Below, piece by piece: positions 38,682-50,053 of a stretch of DNA of 64,000 bases. The notes under the pieces are model-generated. The model saw nothing but the letters and a program-made list of their open reading frames with translations. It had not been told where the DNA came from and did no database searches. The translations under genes were made by a program, and so were the position numbers. Within the stretch, counting starts at the first letter, position 1; the number at the start of each line of letters is the position of its first letter. The stretch is from Eledone cirrhosa (Eukaryota). The stretch covers positions 394,754,001-394,818,000 of the forward strand of contig OZ024741.1 in the NCBI GenBank assembly GCA_964016885.1, given 5' to 3'.

Positions 38682-39441
38682 CTACTCGTAAGGGGCAACT
38701 ACCGGCGCAGTAGTTCCCCTTGGATCGTTTCCCTGGTCGCAGTTAGTAGCGATGTGGCCTGGTCGCTTACACCGGTAGCAAATTATCTCCGGCCTCAACT
38801 CTCTACAGTCTCTAGCCATATGCGGGCCCTGGCAACGAAAACAGCGCCCTCTAAACGTTCGCGTGCGACCGCGTGCCAAGGTTGCCTCCCTTTCACTGTT
38901 TCGTTGCCAGGTGTCCTGAGCCTCCGTAGTTGCTATCGCCGCAACACTCTTTGGCATCTTCTGCTATGATCCGGGCTTGTTCCACCAGTGAACGCATTTC
39001 CATCTCTTTATAACCCGGGACTTGCTGCAGCCTCACCGCTATGTCGTCTGGAAATCCATTAATGAACGCCAACTGCACCGTGCGTTCGCATTCCGCCTGA
39101 TAACCAGCCAACATGGCCAACCGCCTTATTTCTGCGGCGAAAATGTCGACGCGTTCACCATTCCACCTGATTCTCGCCAGCTTAGCAAAAGCTGCCAACG
39201 GTCCCTCGGCGAATGCATCTATCAGACGCCGCTCAATCTTCTGCGCATCTCTTTGGCTGTGCTCATCCAACTCAAGGAAGAGTACCAGCGCGTCTCCCTT
39301 GAGGTAGAGTGCCATTAGGCCAGCCACATCCTCTATCTTCTGCAAGCTTGCGACCAGCCGAACTTTCAGCAGCCAAGCGATTACATCACCCTCCCCGGTA
39401 AATGCCCTGATGGCTTCGCTCGTCCGTAGTCTTGTCGCCAT
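38682..39441 (-). pseudogene. Gypsy gag with two CCHC zinc knuckles, one frameshift
   Basis: ORF 38893-39441, continued by CFRCQGPHMARDC and CYRCKRPGHIATNC in 38682-38957. Confidence 0.88.
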
Positions 39442-39560
39442 CCTCTGATTTGTCTAGCGGTAAGTGACACAAAAAAAAAAAAAACAACAACAGACTCCTC
39501 TCTGTTTTTCCAGTAGCTTTTTCTTCTTTTTTCTTTGTTCCGTCAGATCTGTTTCCAGTT

Positions 39561-39573
39561 GCCGAAATAGCTC
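39561..39573 (-). other. Non-canonical primer-binding site complementary to tRNA-Phe nt 1-13
   Basis: Plus strand GCCGAAATAGCTC equals the first 13 nt of metazoan tRNA-Phe(GAA), abutting the 5' LTR; no TGG-initiated PBS. Confidence 0.75.
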
Positions 39574-39950
39574 GTGGTTGGAAAAAGCTATCTCACTTAC
39601 CGCTTTTCAAAGGCGCCGCTCAATCTCCACTGTATGGTAGTTTGAAGACCATTTCGTGTACGTCCGTCTTCCTCGGTTGGCCGTCTCTATCGTCGTATCA
39701 ACAGTCCCATATCGTTTTGCTCTTTTCACTAGCGCTGCTATCATCCTGCTCCTTACTCCTCGCCTGCCTGCTTCCAACTACCTAGCACCGGGAGATCCCA
39801 AACTGGCGTTTACGTCGTTGCTAGGTACTACGCTAGGTACTGCCCAAACTTGCGTTCACCCCGTTGCTAGACACTGCCCAAACTGGCGTTCGCCCCGTTG
39901 CTAGGCACCACTAGGCACCTGCAGCCACCGCACGCCACACCATACCCACA
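39573..39950 (-). repeat. 5' LTR
   Basis: Direct repeat of 35485-35862; ends CG rather than CA. Confidence 0.95.
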
Positions 39951-40738
39951 GTTACTTCTTTAGTTAGAGGTTCTATGTACCTGAAAGGTAAAATGGTTAT
40001 GCAATTGCTTGATGACGGTCGAGGGGTTCTTGCACATGGCTACTCGAACCACTCCACATCCGGGCACAGCACTAACATGACTAGTGTTAACCCTGTGTTC
40101 ACAACTAGTAAAATTAATATTGGCTGTGCTTTTCATAATTTTGGCTAGGTTTTACTGACTGGATGTCCTTTCTATCACCAACCACATTACAACATGGACT
40201 GGGCACATTGTTCATGCCGCCAGCGCCAGACAGGTTGTCTTACCAGACTTAAGAGTCCTCTCCAACCTGTATCAGTTTTTATTTGGAGTATCTACTCTCC
40301 TAGATGGGTGGCCTTCACTTTGGCTTACAGAGCCCATGTCTGCCCTGTGCAGTCATTTTTATATTGTAGTCACTGCCCTTGTAACCGGGTTGCCTTCACT
40401 TCGGCTTATGGGGTCCACATCTGCCCCATGCAGTATTTTTTAATTGGAGTCACTGCTCTCCTAGACAGTAGCTTTCACTATGGCTTGCGGATTCCATGTC
40501 TGCCCCATGCAGTCATAAAACGGTTTGCAGAGTAGCGAATTGAGGTTCATGATGTAGGAGGATATGTAATGGCAAGTGTAAGTGTGTAAGGAAAAGGGAA
40601 AAGGGAAAAGGAAAAAGGCAGGAACACAGGGTCATGTCTGCCAGACAGCTAGTCAAATGGTAGTGGATAGGGAGTGGGTGGGAGACATCCGGAATCAGTG
40701 TCTGGAAGAGATAGGTAGATAGCTGAAAGATTAGTAAT

Positions 40739-41196
40739 ATATAGGTGAAGAGTTAAAAGTTATCATGAGAAATATAACTGAGAGGTTATTAATAAATAAA
40801 TAAATACGTTAAGGAAGAGAGAGAAAGGGAGAATAGAAATATAAAAAACATGGTCTTCACCTTAAGATTTTATATGTCTACCATTTGCCTCAAATAGATT
40901 TTATATATTTATATTTTTACATGTGTGAATGGCAGAAAAAGGGAGCAAAAGAGAGAAAAAGAGAGTCAGTGCGTCGCACCGCATGTTGTAATGGATTATG
41001 ATGATGAGAGAGAGGCACGCAAATTCACGAGTTGGCTTTTATAAAAGAAGACAAAACATCGTAATAAATGTAAAACTATATAGGGGAAGAGTTAAAAGTT
41101 ATCGTGAGAAATATAACTGAGACGTTATTAATAAATAAATAAATATGTTAAGGAAGAGAGAGAAAGAGAGGGTAGAAATATAAACACCATGGTCTT
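40739..41196. repeat. ~120-bp direct repeat pair spaced ~340 bp
   Basis: ataggtgaagagttaaaagttatc...catggtctt at ~40740 and ~41080. Confidence 0.8.
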
Positions 41197-41269
41197 AGCT
41201 TCATACACACACACACACATATATATATGTATTAGCCTCCCTCGCCCTCCTTGTCTTCTGACTAAACAT

Positions 41270-42130
41270 CACAGAACACAGAGGGGTTAAGACAGACTTC
41301 TACTGCAAGGTGGCCTGCAGTCCACTTCAAGTCTGCCTGACCTAACAGCGCTATGAGGATACATCACAAGCGAGATTACGCAGATAAAAGATAGATGCAG
41401 TGATCCTATGAATGATGTCACCCACATCAAGCAGTTCCACAGGAGGTTGGAAACCAACAGCTATCCAGCATCCTTCACTAACAAAATAAGGAACCCCAGA
41501 CACATGAGGCAGAGAAACCTGAAAGACAAGTGCTTCTTCAAGATCTCACACCTAGGCGAAAAAACCACAAGCGCTATCTGCAGAGCCATATGAAAGGAGG
41601 GTCTTGACATCCAATTGGCCCACTTGGGACCCTCCCCACAGAGACACCTCTTCAGGAAACATTACAATGCAGATAATATGTACTCCTTCAGCAATTGCCT
41701 GATATGCCACACAAACTGTTGCTTGTGCATCTACGTCGTTTATAAGAACAAATGTGAGAAGTGCAAGGATTTTTACATCAGAAACACCATTTGACTGTTG
41801 CACATACGAATCAAGGGGTATGTCAGCACTAGAGCCTTATCCTTTTGGAAACACATCACCAAATGCAGAAACAAGGATGGCAGACTCACTGTCACAGTGC
41901 TAGCAACAGAGCACAACATTGGAACTCTAAGGATCAAGGAAGCACTTTGAATAAAACGACTGGAACTGCCAATCAACAACAGATCCAAAAGGAGTCAAAT
42001 GTGGTGGCTGGTCTAACCTGAATGACAATACGAATACACAATAACAGATGAGTGAATGTTATTGTACATTTTTGCTCACCTACTGGGAAACTAAAGAACA
42101 AACAAATCCGAAATATAGTGACGAATAAAT
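41270..42130 (+). mobile_element. Penelope-like remnant (RT thumb + GIY-YIG)
   Basis: LETNSYPASF; YKNKCEKCKDFYI; LRIKEAL*IKRLELPINN. Confidence 0.7.
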
Positions 42131-42290
42131 ATATTCCAAGGTAACTCCATCTCTGGTTTTCTTTTTACGTTTCTTTCTACATATCTCTTCTTTCTTGTGA
42201 CTGCCATCTGAATCTGTTACCCGGAGATTTACCCATCTGCGTTGTAGAAGCTTCCAAAACAACCATTTTATATGTATGCATATATATATA

Positions 42291-43541
42291 CAGGGTGTGG
42301 ACGATATTTGTTCGCAATTTTCAACTGCTAATTTTATGCAATTTTTTTTACTTCCGTTGTTACTCTTGCCTCCATAAAAACAGTGACTATATTTCCATTA
42401 TTTATTTTCAGAATAATTGATTATGAATAATTTTGAACCTCCAAATTGGAATCCACGCCGGGAGGACAAATAAGGAAATTTCAGACTTTCTCAGCATCAG
42501 CAGGAGAATGGTGAAAAAGGTCAGAAAGGAATTGGAAGATTCAGGATTTGACTACGAAGCAACATCAGAGAGGAAAACACATGATCGACGATCTTACGCC
42601 TTCAGAACGCCCGAGTTCATCGCTGAAGTTCAGGATATCATCAACAATGAACCTAGCAAGTCGATGCGTGCCATTGCAAGGGAGAAAGGCGTGGATGAAA
42701 AGCTCATTAGGCTGGTGGTACATGAAGACATTCGCTACATTTCATACAAGATGAGGAAAGGACAATTTCTGTTAAAGGCGATGCAAGAAAAAGCAACTGA
42801 AGCACGCAAAGAAGCTGATCAACAAGTTGAAACACCCACTGGAGCCAGACATGCTGTGGTTTTTCTCCGACGAGAAAAACTTCTGCCAAGACCAGAAGAT
42901 CAAATCCCAGAACAGCAGGTGGCTCGCTGTCTCATCCAAAGACGTGCCCAGAGTGATGCAGACAAAGTTTCCAGCGACAACATTGGTCTTAGGTGTCGTC
43001 AGCAGTCACTTCTTCCCTGAGGGCCTCAAGCTGAACACCGATGGCTACATCCGCGTTCTGAGCGAGATAGTAAAGCCCTGGATCGACCAGGTAGCTGCAG
43101 GTAGGCCATACATGTGGCAGCAAGACTCAGCGCCCTGCCATACCAGCCGAAAGACCCAAGCCTGGCTGTCAGAGAACTTCGTCGACCACACTTCACCTGG
43201 CATCTGGCCTCCCAGCTCGCCTGACTGCAACCCCCTCGACTTCTTTGTGTGGGGCGCAGTGGAGCGAGACACCAACAGATCTAGCTGCAATACGAAAGAC
43301 GATCTGAAGGCCAGGATCACAAGTGCCTTTAGTCGGGGGACAGTGACGAAGGCCTGTAGCTGGTTCCGAGGCCGCCTTGAGGCCGTCATCAAAGCCAATG
43401 GCGGGTTTATCGAGTGAGATCGAAAGAACAAGTCATGAAGACAAACTGACCCAAGTTTGATAAATATATCTTAAAAAATAAAACTACTGTGCTATTTTTT
43501 CCTAGACAGTAATCTTGCAAACAAATATCGTCCGCACCCTG
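42291..43541 (+). mobile_element. maT (DD37D) Tc1/mariner transposon, near full length
   Basis: 27-bp TIRs cagggtg(t/c)ggacgatatttgtt(c/t)gcaa, TA flanks; FSDEKNF, WQQDSAPCH, WPPSSPDCNPLD with 37 residues between the last two D; frameshift near 42790. Confidence 0.95.
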
Positions 43542-43659
43542 TATATATATTTAGTTTGAGAAGATCCCGTTAAGGGTGAAAGCAGCGATTCTTTGCTTAA
43601 ACTTTAATCTGTTATTTTAATATATAAATATATATATATATATATGCTTATATATATAT

Positions 43660-45147
43660 ATCATCACCATCATCATCGTTTAACTTCCATCTTCCACGCT
43701 TGCATGGGTTTGGACGGGAGTTTTCCCATTTGAGGCAAGATTGGTTGTCCTGCTCATATAGGACTGTCTGGCGGGTTTTCTACGGCTGGGGGCCCTTCCT
43801 AACACCAACCACGTTTACAGTGTGGACTGGGAGGTTTTTACCGTGTTACCTACATGGTCACATTACAGCGTGGACTGTGTGTTTTTTTGTGGTGACACCT
43901 ACACGACCTCATTTGTTTCGGACTGGATGTTGTGGTACCAACATAACTTCACATTTAAGGGGGTGGTGTGGATGGGGTGGGGGTAGTGGGACAGGGTGTA
44001 TTTTTGTTAGAGGTGCCTACTGACTGTAGGTTTCGCTTTGTACTTAGGCAAAGCGGGTCTTCTGTATTACTGTGTAGCGCTAAAGATCTCGGTCCAGTGA
44101 CTACCGTCTATTTTTATCGCCCTGCATTTTTTATACAGCTGTAGTCTTTCATGCGCATCACGTGACCGTACCAACGTAGCCTTCTCTCGAGTAAATAACA
44201 TATAATCCCTCTTATTCCTAATTTCTCCCTTAGTTCGTTTATGCTTTGCCGTTCACGTATATTACTATTACACATCCAGCGGAGCATGCAAGCTTCGTTC
44301 CTCTCCAGTCTGCGCAGATCCTCTGCACACAATGCCCAGGTCTCACTGCCATGTAACATTGCTGTTCGTATGCAGACATCATACAGTCTGCCTTTCATTT
44401 TTAGAGAGAACCCTTTAGCGGCCAATAGTGGTATAAGCTCTCTGAACTTTTTCCATCCCGTTCTGACTCTAGCTACTGTACTTTCAGAGCAGCCTCCCCC
44501 ACTGCTGATTTTGTCACCCAGGTAACGGAAGGTGTCCACTATTTCTCTAGAACCATGTGTGCAATGGAATGAGCTAGTATTCTGTGGGCACTTGCTGCTA
44601 CTTATTGCACCAGAGCACCGGCCACATATAAAATCTATATTCTTAGTTAGCTTACCTGTGGTCCCACTACATCTTTTATGCACCCATACTTTGCATTTGG
44701 GACATAAAATGGACTTTCTGCCTACTCCTTTCCTACACACTGAGCATGGCCACTTCCCAGATGGGACCGGTGCCCTATTTTCCTTCCTACAAACTAGAAC
44801 TTTAGTCTTAGACAAGTTAACTTTAAGGCCTTTTGATTCTAGGCCTTGCTTCCATGTTTGGAATTTCTTGTCTAATTCAGCCATTGATTCAGCTATGAGC
44901 GTTAGATCATCTGCATATAGGAGTTCCCATGGGCAGCCGGTCTTGAACTCCTCTGTTATAGCCTGAAGGGCAATAATAAATAGTAGGGGGCTAAGAACGG
45001 AGCCCTGATGAACACCAACTTTTACGCTAAACTCTTCACTATATTCGTTGTTAATTCTAACCTTGCTGACTGTTTCTTTATACATGGCTTGTATAGCTCT
45101 CACAAGCCATTCATCAACACCTAGTTTTCTAAGAGCCCACCAGATAA
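43660..45147 (-). mobile_element. RTE LINE, 5'-truncated, with 3' UTR and (GAT)n tail
   Basis: ORF 44114-45280 (true RT from IIWWALRK); near-identical to 50053-51797; ~80-bp deletion at 44100. Confidence 0.93.
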
Positions 45148-45148
45148 T

Positions 45149-45185
<37 letters not shown>

Positions 45186-45658
45186 AACATATATATGTCT
45201 ATATATATATACTTATATATATATGCATATGTATATATGCAAACATATATATGCCTATATATATATATATATGTTTGCATATATACATATGCATATATAT
45301 ATAAGCATATATATATATATATATTTATTAAAATAACAGATTAAAGTTTACGCAAAGAAACGCTGCTTTTACCCTTAACGGGATCTTCTGAAACTAAAAA
45401 AATCAATCTGTGAACGCAGAAGTAAATATTTCGAAAAACATTGCAACCGAAGGAAGACAGGAAGACGATACTTTAGTTTGTATATATATGTGTGTATGAA
45501 TATATACATATGCATATCATCATCATCATCATCGTTTAACGTCCATTTTCCATGCTAGCATGGGTATATATATATACATATATTTAATATAGAAAAGCTT
45601 CTACAGAACTAGAACTGTTTCATTCATGAGAAACCATCATAAGCTGACTGTCCAAGTA

Positions 45659-45698
<40 letters not shown>

Positions 45699-45881
45699 CA
45701 TGTGCTCCAACATGGCCTCAGCCGGATGGCTGGTACAAGTAAAAGAGTAAAATAGTATATATATATATATGCATAATTAATATATATATATATATGCTTA
45801 ATTAAGAATGTAGGCTTCACATGCAGCAGCTGTGCTGGGACAGCAAGCAGCAAACAGCCACAGGAAACAAGTACCACCAAT

Positions 45882-46540
45882 CTCTGGGAGGGCTCTGTAG
45901 AAACAGTAGACAGCTTCTGCTACCTAGGTGACCGAATTAGCAGCGGAGGTGGGTGTTCAGAAAGTACAATAACTAGGGTAAGAACGGGATGGAAGAAGTT
46001 TAGGGAACTACTACCATTGCTAGCTGCAAAAGGCTTCTCCCTCAAAATGAAAGGCAGACTGTATGATGCGTGTATCCGAACAGCAATGTTACATGGTAGT
46101 GAGACCTGGGCGCTGAAGGTGGAAGACTTACGTAGATTAGAGAGAAACGAAGCCTGCATGCTCCGATGGATGTGTAATAGTAATATACGCGAACAACAAA
46201 GTATAAATGAATTGAGAGAGAGACTGAGCATAAGAGGAATCAAATTCAGTGTGCAGGAGAGGCGGTTGCGTTGGTATGGACATGTGATGCATATGAAGGA
46301 TGAAGAATGCATATGAAGGCTGCATAAAAAGGTGCAGAGCACTAGAAGTCGATGGAAACCGCACTCACTGTAAATGAGGTTGGTGTTAGGAAGGGCATCC
46401 AGCTGTAGAAATCAAGCCAAATCAGTTCCTGTATGAGCAAGGCATGGTCAACCGACCAGACACTGCCCACACAGGACAACCCGTCTAACCCATGCTAGCG
46501 TGGAAGAACGGACGTAAAACGGTGATGATGATGATGATGA
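45882..46540 (+). mobile_element. RTE RT 3' fragment plus SINE-like tail
   Basis: [11 protein letters not shown]...RLRWYGHVM (46017-46316); (GAT)n tail. Confidence 0.85.
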
Positions 46541-46680
46541 TAAATATATATGTAAACACACATACACACATATATTTGCACAGGAAACAAACTAATGTGA
46601 CATATAATGTGATAATATTTCTAAATAGAATATATTTATTTTATTTCTACCTTGTGAAAATTAGCTCAATCGGTTATATT

Positions 46681-46717
<37 letters not shown>

Positions 46718-46904
46718 TACACAGAATTCTACATCAAATTTACATTAGCCTGAAATGCAGTGTGTAGAAAACAAATAACTGTAAGATTTCTATTTATAAA
46801 ACAGGGAAAAAGCGAACGTAAAATGAAATGATGATGATTATGATGATGAAAACAGCTTTAAGAAATGTGCGTATCAATAAATAATAAACTAATGAGATAC
46901 TCAC

Positions 46905-46948
46905 TGACAAGGAGACAACAATATAGATGAAGTCTCATTATCCTCCAT
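46905..46948 (-). CDS. Candidate upstream (alternative first coding) exon of the LNX-like gene
   Basis: ATG GAG GAT...TGT CA|gtgagta = MEDNETSSILLSPC; phase-2 donor compatible with the 23689 acceptor; lies in non-repetitive sequence. Confidence 0.35.
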
Positions 46949-48170
46949 AATGCAGAGTTCTGCTGCAGGATCACTGATGTAAGTTTAATCAACTAGATGT
47001 ATGTCAACTCTACATTGAAAACTATAGAAACTTTCTGCTAGCTGACTAATCCATCCATCTTTCTCGTCATTAAAAATAGTAGCAGTAGCATTGCTACTGC
47101 TGGTCCAGCAAGTAATCCCAGCTTTTGCAGTGTCTTCCAGGTGAGGGATAGAACACCATACAGAGATCCATCTAGATGAGGAAAGCTAAACAACCAGAGC
47201 TATAACTTAACTCAAAGCATACTAACTTCTTTCATTTTATCAGTGCTTGGTAATAACTGCTCCTTTATCTGCTGGGCCATAATGTTTACAACAAACAATT
47301 ACTTAATTTGTGCTTATTTTCTTCATTTTATAATGGAAATTTGTTTTGCTTTATAAAAGACTCAGTTATTTTTAAGTGCTTTGAATCTCATCTTTAAAAA
47401 ATTCTATTGACTTTCTAATACAGTATATAAATTATAATCAAATTTCTATTAAATATTTTGATTTATTAAAACCATTAGATTATATTGATATTTGGTCTAA
47501 TTTCAAATTAAAACATTTTTTCTGCCTTTTTAAAATGTTTAAATTGTGAATTTTTGAACAGCAAACTAAATATATTGTAATACTTCTAAACATGAAACAG
47601 CTCTCTTTAGAGTCTCTTCTAGCTCAAATTTTTAAATAAAATTTAAATTAAAAAGACAAACAATCTGATTATTGTAAATAATAATTCGGAATTACTTACA
47701 GATAATTTAATTTAAGTTAATTATTATTATAAATCCAGCCGGAACTAATAATTTTATTTTAAAAGTAGATGAAAGTAGGTAATTAAGATAATAATAGTTT
47801 GGAAAAATAACGTTGCATGGAGAAACTGCAGAAGTCTGTTTGATATCATCATCATCATCATCATCAACGTTTAACGTCCGTGTTCCACGCTTGCATGGGT
47901 TTGGACGGGGGTAGTCCCACTTGAGGCAAGAGTGATTGTCTTGCTCGCATAGGACTGTCTGGCAGGTTTTCTACAGTTGGATGCCCTTCCTAACACCAAC
48001 CACATTTACAGTGTGAGACTGGGAGGTTTTTACCGTGTTGCCTACACGGCCACATTACAGCGTGGACTGTGTTTTTTTGTCGTGACACCTACACGATCTC
48101 ATTTGTTTCGGCCTGGATGGTGTGGCACCAACATAACTTTACATAGAACGGGGTGGTGTGGATGATGTTG

Positions 48171-48203
<33 letters not shown>

Positions 48204-48222
48204 TATATACATATATATATAC

Positions 48223-48290
<68 letters not shown>

Positions 48291-49496
48291 ATATATCATC
48301 ATCATCGTTTAACGTCTATCTTCCACGCTAGCATGGGTTTAGACGGGAATTGTCCCACTTGAGGCAAGATTGGTCGGGAGACCATGTCTCGCTCGTATAG
48401 GACTGTCTGGCAGGTTTTCTACGGCTGGATGCCCTTCCTAACACCAACCACACACACATATATATATGTGTGTATGTATATATGTATGTGTGTGTGTCTC
48501 TATGTTTATATCTATGTTTGCATTTGTTTCAGTCTTATAACTTAGCAGTTCAACAACAATTAAAAACTCGATAAAATAAGTACCAGACTTTAAAATATAT
48601 ATAAGGAATGGGATCAATATGATTGACTATATCTTTTTAAGTCAGTGCTCCAGTATGGCCACAGTCTAATGACTGCAACCAGTAAAAGAATAAAAAAAAA
48701 GAATTGACTAAAATTGATTTTAAGAGAAAGAAAATATCCCCAACCAAAAGTATGAAAAATAATAGAAATAAACACTGGAAGTAAAAGAAAGTGCAATAGT
48801 TTAATTTTCTGTAGTGATAGTGTATTTGGCCACATAACCAGTTCAGCATGTAACAGCATGCTCAGGTACACACAACTAAAATATTGGCCTGCCTAAATTA
48901 TATTGTGAATAATAAAAACTTATTAACTGAAACATATTTTACAGTTCCATTGATTTGTAATTTGCACAGCTATCAACAGACTGATGATGACATAGATTAT
49001 AAGTGTCATAAAAGGTTCAACTAAAGATAGGGAAATATGAACGAATTAAAACACAATAACTTCTACCGAATTAATAAGTTGTAATAAAAGTAAGCCAAGC
49101 ATGATTACTATGCATTTTAATAACAGGTGGTTAGTAATTGAAGTATGAGTGATAAAGTTAATATTATGTTATTATTAGCTTAAATGATTATGGTGTGGAA
49201 GAAAAGCTATTTTAGTTGTTGCTGTGGCATTTTGATAGTAGTGATCTGTGCTTGAATAATAATAATAATAATACAGCCAGCAGACAGCTCTTTATCCAGA
49301 CACTACCCCTGCTCCTAATGGTAACAGATCAATACCCAGTATTTTCCACCAGCATGAAACAGAAAAAAGAACTGATTTAAAAGATCTATATAGTTGCTAA
49401 AGTACAGCAGTAATTGGTGTCAGATATGACAGAGCAGCAGTAACAGTGGTGTATTAATGATTGAAACCTCAGCAACAGCAGTAATTATGTGTGAAT

Positions 49497-49992
49497 ATCA
49501 TCATCATCATCATTTAACGTCCATCTTCCAGGCTAGCATGGGTTTGGACGGGCATTTTCCCACTTGAGGCAAGAGTGGTTGTCTTGCTCGCATAGGACTG
49601 TCTGGCAGGTTTTCTCCGGCTGGATGCCCTTCCTAACACCAACCACGTTTACAGTGTGGACTGGGAGGTTTTTACCATGTTACCTACACGGCCACATTAC
49701 AGCGTGGACTATGTGTTTTTTGTTATGACACCTACACGACCTCATTTGTTTCGGACTGGATGTTGTGGTACCAACATAACTTTACATCGAAAGGGGGTGG
49801 TGTGGATGGGGTGGGGGTAGTGGGACGAGGGTGTATTTTGGTAAGAGGTGCCTACTGACTGTAGGTTTCGCTTTGCACTTAGGCAAGGCGGGTCTTCTGT
49901 ATTACTGTGTAGCGCCAAAGATCTCGGTCCAGTGACATTGTCTTGGAGAGGTGTAAGTGTATGAGGTCGGAATTTATCATGTCGTCCTAGGT
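49497..49992 (-). mobile_element. RTE 3' end (last RT codons, 3' UTR, tail)
   Basis: Reverse complement of ~51180-51790. Confidence 0.9.
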
Positions 49993-50001
49993 TTTTCTGA
50001 A

Positions 50002-50052
<51 letters not shown>

Positions 50053-50053
<1 letters not shown>

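Larger units (their letters stand above)
35485..39950 (-). mobile_element. Full-length compact (4466 bp) Gypsy LTR retrotransposon
   Basis: 5-bp TSD GTTAC (35480-35484, 39951-39955); 378-bp LTRs; G-rich PPT 35863-35876; order gag-PR-RT-RH-IN. Confidence 0.95.

Noticed and set aside
46988-47185. 66-codon open frame on the minus strand, in frame with the candidate exon across one TAA (stop recoding by editing?)
   Set aside because: No start codon or recognisable homology; this length can arise by chance, and TAA would need two edits.
49957-50052. N-terminus of a 448-aa RT as an expressed chimeric gene
   Set aside because: Fortuitous read-through from an inverted fragment and (TA)n; the RT is 5'-truncated and has YADN instead of YADD.
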